32,000 bases of DNA from Thermodesulfobacterium commune DSM 2178. Its GTDB lineage: Bacteria; Desulfobacterota; Thermodesulfobacteria; Thermodesulfobacteriales; Thermodesulfobacteriaceae. A program made the translations under genes and the position numbers. Position 1 is the stretch's first letter; every line of letters begins with the position of its first letter. The notes below the pieces were generated by a model, which did no database searches, was not told the DNA's origin, and saw only the letters and a list, made by a program, of their open reading frames with translations. Positions 8,083 to 16,674 of the stretch are shown piece by piece. Where the stretch lies: contig NZ_CP008796.1 of the NCBI RefSeq assembly GCF_000734015.1, positions 750,001-782,000 of the forward strand, given 5' to 3'.

Positions 8083-10788
8083 TTAATCAAATAATCCTAA
8101 TGTGGATTCTTTTTGTTTGGTATCATCTTTTTTATAACTTTCTTTTCCATATAAAAATCCCTGAAGCATCTGTTTTTCTTTATCTCCATCAGGCAAAACC
8201 TCGGAAATCGCCTGGGCTACCTGCCAGAAAGCACTGTTATTTGTATTTCCCGTTTTTTCTAATAGCTCTGATATTGCTTTTTTGTTATTTTGCTCCCAGT
8301 ATAAAAGGCAGGCATGAAGTATGTCTATCAGACTTTTAAATTTTCCATCTTCTATGTCTTTTAGAAATTTTTTGCCTCTGTCAACAGCATCAAGCACATA
8401 AATAAACTCTTTTTCCTTTTTGATAAATCCCTTATCCCACTGCTCTGTTATCTCCACTCCAACAGCCTGAGCCAGTTTTCTTGCATCATCAAAATGAACC
8501 TTTGCACCATTATAAGTCCAGCGCCATAGTAGATAGAACCTTGTTTCTTCATCAATTCCACCAAGTTGTGGATTGTTTAAAATCCTTGAGAGAGCATATT
8601 CACTTACAGTTTTACGAATGAATTCAAGCAGTTCTGAAGCAGAAACTTTTTCCCCAGATAATTTTTCAACACTCTCATATTTACCAAAAACTTCCATTGC
8701 AGGACCTATGGCAGAGATGAAGAAGTCACTTCCACCTATTCCCTCATTCCAGAACTGGTCAAGTTTTTCTTTAACTCTTTTTTCTATTTCTGGTTTGATT
8801 TCGTTAAAGTAGGCAGTTTCTTTTTTTATACGTTTACGGCATACCATATAAATAGAGGAGGCAAGAGCGGCTGATTCATTTGCACGCAGACGAGCCTTCA
8901 TTTCTGTATGTAGCGGCCAGCTTGCAGTGAGATACAAGCCAGAATTAAGTAATGCATTTATAATAGTTTCCCATGCCTCGGTGGATTTATGGGCAAAGAC
9001 GATACAAGCAATACCATCAGGTTTTAGTATGCGATATATTTCTTTAAAAGCTCTGGTAATCATATCTTCAAAAAACTTTTTCCCACCTTCAAAACCACCT
9101 TCACCGTGCGAATAAGCAACAATTTCTTCAGATTTTGGTGTAAGTGGAGTGGAAAATAAATCGGGATATAGATCTCCAAGAGTTCTCTTTAGCCAAACAT
9201 AGAAAAAGTCAGAAAGATAAGAATATGGTACATTGTCATAATAAGGCGGGTCTGTGATAACAGCATCAAAATAGTTGTCGGGATAAGGTAGAGAAGTGGC
9301 AGAGGATTGAATAACGGTAGCGGGGATAGAATTGAATAAACTACAATGTCTTACTACATTCAAGTTGTATTCTACTGAATTTAACCAATCACCTGTGGAA
9401 CCACTAAAGGGGTTAGATTCAAAATAGTCCCAGACCATTGGTAATGCTTGGCGACTGAAAGAACCGGCAATAGTTTCTTTAGTATTAGCCCATCTGCTAA
9501 TAGAGTTATTTTTTTCTGCAACGTTATCAATACTTAGCCCCAAATAACTCACCACAGCTTTGGCGTATTCAGGGTCATATTTTTCTTTAATCATTTCTTT
9601 ATATGCATTCCTTACCTTTTCCACAAATGTAATCAATGCAAGCTTTTGCCTTGAGTTAAAAAGATCGCCCCATGAATTCATTCCATAAACCCAAACATTT
9701 ATTACACCAAAGGAAACTGGCACTCTAACTAATTCTTCATCAGGCACAGGATCAATTCCCCATTCTTGCATTAGTTTTGACCTCTTTTCTTCCAGATATT
9801 TTTCTGCTTCTTTAAATACTTCTAAATCTTTTTGTGTTGCCAGTCTATATGTTTTCCCCTGTTTTTTGGGATGATGCAAAACAACTGCAACCATTCTCTG
9901 TCCCGCTTTTCCTTCCTGAAACTGTTTTCTTACCTCTTTATCACTTATCCCGGTTTTACAGCATGGACATAAGACTTTTGCCCGAGAAACAGTTCCTATT
10001 TCCGGGTCAAAATCTATATTCTTACCCTCTCTTATTTCAAAACTAATTTTGTTTCCCTCTGGAATTATTTTAAATGTAACTTTTTTGTTATCTTTTTTTG
10101 CAAGCCATCTCTGTCTTACAAGAGGAATATCTGCCCCACAGGCAGGGTTTGTGCATCTTATTGTTCTTGCCCATATGTATCCAACCGGAATTGATCCGTC
10201 TTCATCTTCTGGATAAAATCTTCCAATTTCCTTCTTCGCCTCCTCTAAAACCCAGTTGCCCCATTTTTTTACATCTTCAAGGAGCGGATTTATTTCCTTT
10301 TCACCAAGCAGGTTTGAAGCCTTTGCCTTAACTGGCTTACCATACTTCTGCGGATACTCCAAGGTGCATTTTAAAATCAAGACAGCTACTGGATTTAAAT
10401 CATTTGCATATGTTTCACATCCAAGCCTTAATACTTCAAGCGGAATAGAGCCACCACCAGAAAATGGGTCTATCACTTTTGGTGGTTTGCCACCATTTGC
10501 CTTTAAAATCTCTTCTCTTGCTTGATTTATGATATCTCTGTTTAATGAATTTTCCCACTTAGATAATTTTGAGATAAAATTGGATCGCTTTATTCTTTCT
10601 TCTTCATCCTCAGGCTCTGGTGTTAAACAGGCATAAATAGATGCTCTTGATGATGCAAGAGGACGCCTCGCCCACCATATATGCAGTGTTGATATATGTC
10701 CATGACGAATATTTTTTTCCCTTGCAGATTCTTTACTTACCTCTTTAACAGGAAAATCAGATTCAATAAAGCTCATCCTTATATCCAT
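8083..10788 (-). CDS. DUF1156-type DNA methyltransferase with internal zinc ribbon (N6-adenine/N4-cytosine class motifs)
   Basis: 901 aa. LHIWWARRP (10660-10686). SAM motif I is [12 protein letters not shown] (10441-10476). Cys clusters are CTNPAC (about 10132-10158) and CPCC (9950-9976). Catalytic motif IV is DPPY (9241-9252). Confidence 0.85.
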   Translation of the reverse strand: MDIRMSFIESDFPVKEVSKESAREKNIRHGHISTLHIWWARRPLASSRASIYACLTPEPEDEEERIKRSNFISKLSKWENSLNRDIINQAREEILKANGGKPPKVIDPFSGGGSIPLEVLRLGCETYANDLNPVAVLILKCTLEYPQKYGKPVKAKASNLLGEKEINPLLEDVKKWGNWVLEEAKKEIGRFYPEDEDGSIPVGYIWARTIRCTNPACGADIPLVRQRWLAKKDNKKVTFKIIPEGNKISFEIREGKNIDFDPEIGTVSRAKVLCPCCKTGISDKEVRKQFQEGKAGQRMVAVVLHHPKKQGKTYRLATQKDLEVFKEAEKYLEEKRSKLMQEWGIDPVPDEELVRVPVSFGVINVWVYGMNSWGDLFNSRQKLALITFVEKVRNAYKEMIKEKYDPEYAKAVVSYLGLSIDNVAEKNNSISRWANTKETIAGSFSRQALPMVWDYFESNPFSGSTGDWLNSVEYNLNVVRHCSLFNSIPATVIQSSATSLPYPDNYFDAVITDPPYYDNVPYSYLSDFFYVWLKRTLGDLYPDLFSTPLTPKSEEIVAYSHGEGGFEGGKKFFEDMITRAFKEIYRILKPDGIACIVFAHKSTEAWETIINALLNSGLYLTASWPLHTEMKARLRANESAALASSIYMVCRKRIKKETAYFNEIKPEIEKRVKEKLDQFWNEGIGGSDFFISAIGPAMEVFGKYESVEKLSGEKVSASELLEFIRKTVSEYALSRILNNPQLGGIDEETRFYLLWRWTYNGAKVHFDDARKLAQAVGVEITEQWDKGFIKKEKEFIYVLDAVDRGKKFLKDIEDGKFKSLIDILHACLLYWEQNNKKAISELLEKTGNTNNSAFWQVAQAISEVLPDGDKEKQMLQGFLYGKESYKKDDTKQKESTLGLFD

Positions 10789-10804
10789 TAATTTTTTACC
10801 TCCT

Positions 10805-10948
10805 CAACTTCCTCTTTTTTGCTCTCCTCTAACAAATGAGCCAAAGATACCAATAGTTTTGACCTTGTATTTGTTCTATCTCTTTTTTATGAGTTTGAAG
10901 TTGTCTTTTTATCTCTTCAAGTCCTTTTAAAGGTTTTTTCTTATTCAT
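10805..10948 (-). pseudogene. Relic of a minimal nucleotidyltransferase (MNT, HEPN/MNT toxin-antitoxin type) gene: frameshifted and 3'-truncated
   Basis: The minus-strand ATG at 10948 gives MNKKKPLKGLEEIKRQLQTHKKEIEQIQ.... An adjacent frame then reads KVKTIGIFGSFVRGEQKRGS*, with the stop at 10807-10805. G-I/L-FGS-x-x-RGE is the MNT active-site signature. The D-x-D part and the rest of the gene are missing. Confidence 0.5.
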
Positions 10949-10978
10949 CGTGGTTAAGTCCTTTCTTAAAAAAATTTT

Positions 10979-13900
10979 TTATTCATTCAATACCTCACTG
11001 GCACTTTTCTTCCAATCTTTTACTAAATATCTGACAATATCAACCAATGGTTGTGGTTCAATTTTTTCAGCAGGATTCTGAATAAGATAGAGCCTGGGAT
11101 TAGAAGCTGCATCTGTAACAATATAAATCCAGTATTCATCTTTAAGCCTTTGTGCCATAAGCCATTCATTTGGCGTAAGGGCTATTGCACCTTCCTTTGC
11201 CCTTGCTTTTACTTCAATGTAGCGATAATTTCCTTTTTCATCATAAGAACGAATATCATAGCCTAAATTCTGTGAAGATACATCTTCAGGAATTCTTCCA
11301 TTTTTTCGCTCAAATTCCATTACCACATCCATACCAATCTTTTCAATTTCTTCATCACTAACCATGTCTGCCTCTAATTTTTGAGGAACAACTCTTATGA
11401 CACCCAATATTTTTGGCTCTGTAAAATGTAAATGGATATCTGCTTCAATTTCTTTTTCTAATCGCTCTTTTTTACGTTGTAAATCTTCCTTTTTTCTAAT
11501 CTCATTTTGAATTATAACATCAGGGATGTTTTCCCCTTTTAGTTTTCTCGTTTCATACTCAGCGATTTTGGTCTCTGATTCAAAAATCATTGACTCAAGT
11601 GAACGAATTCCATATTTTCTCTTTACTTCAGCTTCTTTCTGGCGTCTTTCTAAAAGCTCTTTTTTGTAATTTTCAAGTCCCTGTCCTATAACAAAATATT
11701 TAACTGCATTTTCATCTGGATTTTCTGTTGATATTTGCATAGAGTTTTCATTGAGAGGTTTTAAATCCCATATAACAGCAGGATTAATGAATGAAAGTTT
11801 ACCATCATTATTCTGATAAACTGCAAAAAGTCTCTTCCCTGCAATTTCATTTCTTCCATCTCTTATTTCTGACTCCAAGAACCAGATATAGCCCTGTTTT
11901 TTTCCTTCTGGATCCATAAAGGTGGCTCCACGTGCAAGATCTTTAGAGTAATGATTAAGAATTGTCTCAATAACCCCTTCTAATAGAGGATGTCCCATTG
12001 CAACAAATTCAGCCTGAGATCTAAATGCCTGTTCTTTGTCAAAAGAGATTTTTGAATACTCTTTATAGATTTCTCCAAATTTTACCTTAAAACTATGAGG
12101 TTGATTCCGAACCTCAAAGGGCACACTGGTAATTCGCCAGAGGCCATCTCTTCCTTTTTCCATCCTTATATTGAGAAGCTTGGCAGCTCTTTTGAAAAAC
12201 TCCTCCACATACTCAGGAACAAGTCTGTTTTCCTTTGCTATTCTTTGTTCACCTAAAATTTTTGTAAGGTCTATGTGTCTGGTTGCAAGAGCCTCTAAGG
12301 TTGTTTGCTTTACTCTTTCAATGGCTTCATTATCTGGAATTAGCTCCAGATCTTTTAGAATATCTTCCATTGTTCTGCGATTGGCAATTGCATCAAGAAT
12401 AAGATCTTTAAGATTTTTCCCAACCAGAATCTCACCGATTACATCAAATACCCTGTCTGAACCAAGATGTTCTTTTATCTGGGAGAGTTTTTCAAAAAGT
12501 CTTGCAAGTATTCTACCTTCTCTTGTATCAACTGCTACAAGATTGTATATGTGAACTTCATGTTGCTGTCCATAGCGATGAATTCTTCCCATTCTCTGTT
12601 CTAAACGGTTAGGATTCCACGGAATATCGTAGTTTACCATTAACCAGCAAAATTGAAGATTTATACCTTCTCCACCTGCCTCAGTTGAAACCATTATCTG
12701 TGTCTCATTTCTAAAATCAGCCTCTGCTTTGATTCTTGCATCAAGATTCATCCCACCATGAATGAATGTAACAGAGTAACCCCATGACCTTAATTTTTCC
12801 ACGAGATATTCCAGAGTGTCTTTGGATTCTGTAAATATGAGAAGTTTTATTTTTGAGTCCTGAATTTTTTCTGCATCAATGACTTTTTTAAGTTCATTAA
12901 GTTTGGTTTCAATTTCCTTTTTTTCTACGTTTTTTGCAAGTTGTACTAATTCTTCAAGTTTATCAATCTCCTGCTTTAATTCTTCTAAGGTCTCAGAAGA
13001 GGTGAGTTTTTCAAGAAGTTCCTCTTCTTCTTTCCATCTCTCTCTTTCCTCTAAATCTTCTATAGAGGTCTCATCATAATCTGCTTCGGATATAAGCAGA
13101 CCTTTTTCATATAGTTCTTTTAGTCTTTTATGTCTTCTTTCAAGAGATTTTCTAACAGCTCTTACACTTGATGCAAGACGGCGCTGAAGAATTGTAAGAG
13201 CAAAGGCAACATTGCGTTTTTCTTTTTCAATTGCTTTATTAAAGTATTTTTCAACATATTCTGTTACAGCATTGTAGAGCACCTTTTCATCATCTGAAAG
13301 ATAATATTTAATAGTTTCTACTTTTCTTGGTGGAAAAAGTGGAGCACCGTTGAAATCTTTTAAATCTTCTTTGAGTCTTCTTAAAAATAGAGGATTATCC
13401 TTATTTTCAATAGATTCTGCAAGCATCTCTGTGGTGGCAAAAAATCCTGGTTCTAAAAGGTCAAGAAGTAGTCGAAAGTTTTCTGGATCTCCTCTATGTG
13501 GAGTTGCCGTAAGAAACAGTAAATAGTTTGTAATGGAGGAAATAAGCTCTCCAAAATGGTATCTTTGAGTTTTGCTTATTTTTTCTCCATATTTGTAGGC
13601 AGACATTTTATGGGCTTCATCTACAATACACAGGTCCCATCTTGAATCTTTAAGAGCAAACATTACATCTTCCTGTTTTGCAAAATCCATAGATATTATT
13701 ACCTGGTTTCTTTCAAGAAATATATTTCTGCCCCACTCTGAATTCATGGTGCCTCTGTTTACAACTGTAAAATTTTCGTGAAACCTTTCTTTCATTTCTC
13801 TAAGCCACTGGTCTTTAAGATGTCCTGGAACAACAATGAGAATTCGCTCCACTAAACCACGATATTTAAGTTCTTTGATAAGAAGACCTGCCATTATCGT

Positions 13901-14296
13901 TTTTCCAGCTCCTGGGTCATCTGCAAGCAAAAATCTAATACGAGGATTTTTTAATATATAGTGATATATAGCATCTATTTGATGGGGAAGTGGATCAATC
14001 TTAGAAACATTTATTGCATATAGTGGGTCAAATTGAAAGGCATTTCTTATTCTAATTGATTCAAGGCAAAGAAATACTCTTTCACCATCAGCTGAAAATG
14101 AAAAAGATTCTTCCTTGACAACCTGAATTTTTTCCAAATCTTCGCATGAAAGAATTGGATCATAGTATTGTCTTGTTTTAACTCCAATAGCTTCAAGTTT
14201 AAAGTAATTTTCGTTGAATGGTATGAATGACTTTACCCTTAAATCTTCCTGCCAGAACGGACCTCTGATAATACTGTCAATTTGAATCGATTTCAT
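10979..14296 (-). CDS. SNF2/SF2 helicase with C-terminal PD-(D/E)xK (DUF3883-like) nuclease-fold domain (first gene of the cassette)
   Basis: 1105 aa. Motif I is ADDPGAGKT (13898-13924), motif II is DEAH (13610-13621), motif III is LTATPHRG, motif V is STEAGGEGINLQ and motif VI is QRMGRIHRYGQ. An E/K-rich coiled-coil insert lies between the RecA lobes. The C-terminus reads GYDIRSYDEKGNYRYIEVKARAKEG...EYWIYIV. Confidence 0.85.
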   Translation of the reverse strand: MKSIQIDSIIRGPFWQEDLRVKSFIPFNENYFKLEAIGVKTRQYYDPILSCEDLEKIQVVKEESFSFSADGERVFLCLESIRIRNAFQFDPLYAINVSKIDPLPHQIDAIYHYILKNPRIRFLLADDPGAGKTIMAGLLIKELKYRGLVERILIVVPGHLKDQWLREMKERFHENFTVVNRGTMNSEWGRNIFLERNQVIISMDFAKQEDVMFALKDSRWDLCIVDEAHKMSAYKYGEKISKTQRYHFGELISSITNYLLFLTATPHRGDPENFRLLLDLLEPGFFATTEMLAESIENKDNPLFLRRLKEDLKDFNGAPLFPPRKVETIKYYLSDDEKVLYNAVTEYVEKYFNKAIEKEKRNVAFALTILQRRLASSVRAVRKSLERRHKRLKELYEKGLLISEADYDETSIEDLEERERWKEEEELLEKLTSSETLEELKQEIDKLEELVQLAKNVEKKEIETKLNELKKVIDAEKIQDSKIKLLIFTESKDTLEYLVEKLRSWGYSVTFIHGGMNLDARIKAEADFRNETQIMVSTEAGGEGINLQFCWLMVNYDIPWNPNRLEQRMGRIHRYGQQHEVHIYNLVAVDTREGRILARLFEKLSQIKEHLGSDRVFDVIGEILVGKNLKDLILDAIANRRTMEDILKDLELIPDNEAIERVKQTTLEALATRHIDLTKILGEQRIAKENRLVPEYVEEFFKRAAKLLNIRMEKGRDGLWRITSVPFEVRNQPHSFKVKFGEIYKEYSKISFDKEQAFRSQAEFVAMGHPLLEGVIETILNHYSKDLARGATFMDPEGKKQGYIWFLESEIRDGRNEIAGKRLFAVYQNNDGKLSFINPAVIWDLKPLNENSMQISTENPDENAVKYFVIGQGLENYKKELLERRQKEAEVKRKYGIRSLESMIFESETKIAEYETRKLKGENIPDVIIQNEIRKKEDLQRKKERLEKEIEADIHLHFTEPKILGVIRVVPQKLEADMVSDEEIEKIGMDVVMEFERKNGRIPEDVSSQNLGYDIRSYDEKGNYRYIEVKARAKEGAIALTPNEWLMAQRLKDEYWIYIVTDAASNPRLYLIQNPAEKIEPQPLVDIVRYLVKDWKKSASEVLNE

Positions 14297-14333
14297 TTGG
14301 TTATTTTTAAATTTTTATAGTTTTTTTAATTCA

Positions 14334-14362
14334 ATTTTATCAAAAAATATAAAATATTTCAA
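14334..14362 (-). promoter_or_regulatory. Sigma-70-type promoter candidate for the helicase-methylase-ATPase operon
   Basis: On the minus strand: TTGAAA (14362-14357), 17-nt spacer, TAAAAT (14339-14334), about 38 nt upstream of the helicase ATG. Confidence 0.35.
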
Positions 14363-14494
14363 TCTTTTTTACTCCCCCTAATTTGCTGATAGTGCCATGT
14401 CTTTAGACTTCCAAGAATGGGACCAGTTTTTAGGGGAATGTTTTTAAGCGAAAAAATATCTAAAATACTTGAGAGAGATATAAAAGGCTAAAAT

Positions 14495-15388
14495 TTATTC
14501 TAATACATTTTCATTTGTTCTTTCTTTAATTTTCTGAAGTTGTGCATGATATTTTTCTAATCTCTTTTTAAATTCTTCTTGATTTTCAGGTTCCCATAAT
14601 CCAATTTTATATCCCTCAATTATCATATCATAAACAGCTTTTTCTATCGCCTCCTGAACAGCCATTTCTACCGGCTCATTGGCTGCAATTCCTGCTTCAG
14701 CCTCTAAAAGACGGTTCAACCTTACATATCTAAAAATCCCAGCTGTTATCTCTTTTGATAGAATCACCTTAGTTGCCTGAACAGTTTTTAAAACAGTCCC
14801 AGTTTTAACAGAAACTGCCCTTAAGTAAATAGTAACACGGTCTACTCTATATTCCACAGCACCACCTAAACCAAAATACTTAGCTCCGATTCCTCCGCTG
14901 GTGATGTTTGTGTCATATCCGATTATTCCTCCCTCAAAAAGAACTCCTGCATAAAGAAGGGGCGGGAGAGGTTCGATAGTTTTTTTCTCATTATCGTTTA
15001 AGTAAATATCTCTCATTTGAAGAATAATTCTTCTTTCTTGAAGAAGGTTTGCTAACCCTTCTCTTTCTACAGGTAAAAACCATCCGCTATCTTCCAGAGC
15101 TTTAATTAAAATTGAAGTTGCTCCCTGAGTGACAGCTGTTGAAAAGTTAGTAGATCCGGTAGGTGGTTTATATTGTCCTGTTTGATCACGAAATTTATAA
15201 ACTGCTACAGGGACTTTTTGTTTAGGTTTAGGTAGTGAAATTAAATCTTCATGGATAGAAGTAATGTATTCAGGTCCACTTACAGCTTCTTGAGAAAGAG
15301 TTTTGGGTAAACTCCCTGCACAACTTGTTAAAGCTACAATTAAAATTGCAACAAATATAAATTTTAGACCTTTTTTAAAAAAATTCAT
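14495..15388 (-). CDS. csgG: Curli secretion channel lipoprotein CsgG
   Basis: 297 aa. Lipobox LTSC. Strong colinear similarity to E. coli CsgG as I recall it (VAVYKFRDQTGQYKP...NFSTAV, GWF.PVEREGL.NLL.ER, EGGIIGYDTN..SGG.GAKYFG.G, NEPV). Confidence 0.9.
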   Translation of the reverse strand: MNFFKKGLKFIFVAILIVALTSCAGSLPKTLSQEAVSGPEYITSIHEDLISLPKPKQKVPVAVYKFRDQTGQYKPPTGSTNFSTAVTQGATSILIKALEDSGWFLPVEREGLANLLQERRIILQMRDIYLNDNEKKTIEPLPPLLYAGVLFEGGIIGYDTNITSGGIGAKYFGLGGAVEYRVDRVTIYLRAVSVKTGTVLKTVQATKVILSKEITAGIFRYVRLNRLLEAEAGIAANEPVEMAVQEAIEKAVYDMIIEGYKIGLWEPENQEEFKKRLEKYHAQLQKIKERTNENVLE

Positions 15389-15410
15389 GTTGTATCCCCC
15401 TTTTATTCAT

Positions 15411-15842
15411 TTATGGACCTGTAAACTGCGGAACTACAAGTTGAGTTGTTTGTCCTGTGCTAAGGTCTGTTACTGTAAGTTGAATTCCACCTGTAACATA
15501 ACTTACAGTAATTTCAAACTTACCCATGAGATAAGTTCCAGGCTGTATCTGAGAACCTCCTTCATCTTCCCCAAAAGCCTGTGCGACTATACGAGAAGCT
15601 AAATTGTAAATGATTTGTGATTGAAGAACATTTTCAAACTCTTTTAATAAGCTTGGGCTTTCAAAGTCATAATCCTCTTTAAACTTGTTTTGCATTTTTG
15701 CTTGCTCAAGATAAAAAGACCCATAAAGAGGGTTTCCTCCAAAAGATGGATTGGTAAATTCAAAAACAAGCTCACTAGAAAAACATAAAGATGGATATAA
15801 AAATAAAACTGTTAAAATTAAAAATAAATTCTTACTTTTCAT
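15411..15842 (-). CDS. csgF: Curli assembly component CsgF
   Basis: 143 aa with a signal peptide. FEFTNPSFGGNPLYG matches CsgF (FQFRNPNFGGNPNNG). The C-terminal LTVTDLSTGQTTQL matches LNVTDRKTGQTSTI. Confidence 0.85.
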   Translation of the reverse strand: MKSKNLFLILTVLFLYPSLCFSSELVFEFTNPSFGGNPLYGSFYLEQAKMQNKFKEDYDFESPSLLKEFENVLQSQIIYNLASRIVAQAFGEDEGGSQIQPGTYLMGKFEITVSYVTGGIQLTVTDLSTGQTTQLVVPQFTGP

Positions 15843-15858
15843 TCTTTCCCCCTTATCT

Positions 15859-16245
15859 TTATAAAATTTTCGATTCCATTTCTAATTGTTTCTTGTATTT
15901 TTCTAAATTTAAAAGAAATCTTGTAACTACTTCCAAAGCTTCTTTTACCTTTAACTCTATATCTTCTTCTCTTGGTTGAACCAAATTTTGATAAAGAATG
16001 GTGTCATCAATTTTTATAGTTATTACACTTCCAAATTTAGGATCTACCCACTCTTCTATGGTTATGTTAAAGATATCTAATCCTGAGGGAGGACTCCAGT
16101 TTTTGACAAACTCATCATAAAAAGTTCTACCTATTTTAGATTTAGTATGATCAAAAATTAAACCTGTAATTTCTTCTTTTTGAGCTGAAACATTTGATAA
16201 AAGCAGCGAAAGAAAAACTATGATAAAAAAAATTCTTTTTTTCAT
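15859..16245 (-). CDS. csgE: Curli secretion specificity factor CsgE
   Basis: 128 aa with a signal peptide. ITGLIFDHTKSKIGRTFYDEF matches CsgE ([21 protein letters not shown]). ...FGSVITIKIDDTILYQ matches WGSWITITVNQDVIFQ. Confidence 0.85.
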   Translation of the reverse strand: MKKRIFFIIVFLSLLLSNVSAQKEEITGLIFDHTKSKIGRTFYDEFVKNWSPPSGLDIFNITIEEWVDPKFGSVITIKIDDTILYQNLVQPREEDIELKVKEALEVVTRFLLNLEKYKKQLEMESKIL

Positions 16246-16644
16246 TTAAAAACCATCCTTTTGGAACCCCTTCTCTTTTATTAAATTTCCGTTTTTATAA
16301 AGCGTTGCAACAATGTTATATTTATCTTTTGAGAAAAGATTAAGTTTGCTTTGAGAAAAGCATTTCTCTTCACCTGGGTTAAGAAATATGTTATTAAACT
16401 GTTTTGAACTACTTTTTCCAGATTTTCCGCTCTTTGTTATTTCAACAAAAACTTCATAGAAAACTTTTCCTTTTCCCTCATTTCGTCCGCAGGTTTTAAT
16501 AGAAACAAAATCTTTTTCTTCTTTGATTTCAATCCATATTTTGCAAAGCTCATCTGTTAAATCAATAGTATAAAGTTTTCTTATAGCAAAAGAGAAAAGA
16601 GGGAAAATTAAGAGAAAAAGAGAAATCATAAAAAATTTATACAT
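16246..16644 (-). CDS. Small secreted protein, CsgC/CsgH-like curli chaperone candidate
   Basis: 132 aa with a signal peptide, in the csgC position of the locus. SGKSGKSSSKQFNNIFLNPGEEKCFSQSKLNLFSKDKYNIVATLYKNGNL loosely parallels E. coli CsgC (EGSSGQSQTKQEKTLSLPANQPIALTKLSLNISPDDRVKIVVTVSDGQSL). Confidence 0.45.
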   Translation of the reverse strand: MYKFFMISLFLLIFPLFSFAIRKLYTIDLTDELCKIWIEIKEEKDFVSIKTCGRNEGKGKVFYEVFVEITKSGKSGKSSSKQFNNIFLNPGEEKCFSQSKLNLFSKDKYNIVATLYKNGNLIKEKGFQKDGF

Positions 16645-16674
16645 TTTATCTCCTCAGTTTTTACTCCTCAGTTT

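Noticed and set aside
7950-10525. Several plus-strand ORFs (7950-8339, 8573-8812, 8927-9115, 9834-10046, 10098-10331, 10256-10525) across the ATPase and methylase genes
   Set aside because: All are antisense to well-supported large genes. Their hydrophobic or proline-rich composition is typical of shadow frames.
12171-13079. Plus-strand ORFs 12171-12554 (127 aa) and 12879-13079 (66 aa) inside the helicase gene
   Set aside because: These are Ser/Phe/Leu-rich, low-complexity translations lying antisense to a strongly supported 1105-aa gene with all helicase motifs. They are typical shadow ORFs of an AT-rich, K/E-rich coding strand and have no RBS or motif support.
5407-14296. Classifying the cassette as a bona fide BREX or Pgl system
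   Set aside because: No PglZ-type phosphatase, BrxA/BrxB/BrxL or PglW kinase genes are present. The ATPase is shorter than typical BrxC/PglY, and the methylase has DUF1156-type motifs rather than PglX-type. Only a distant family-level relationship is suggested.
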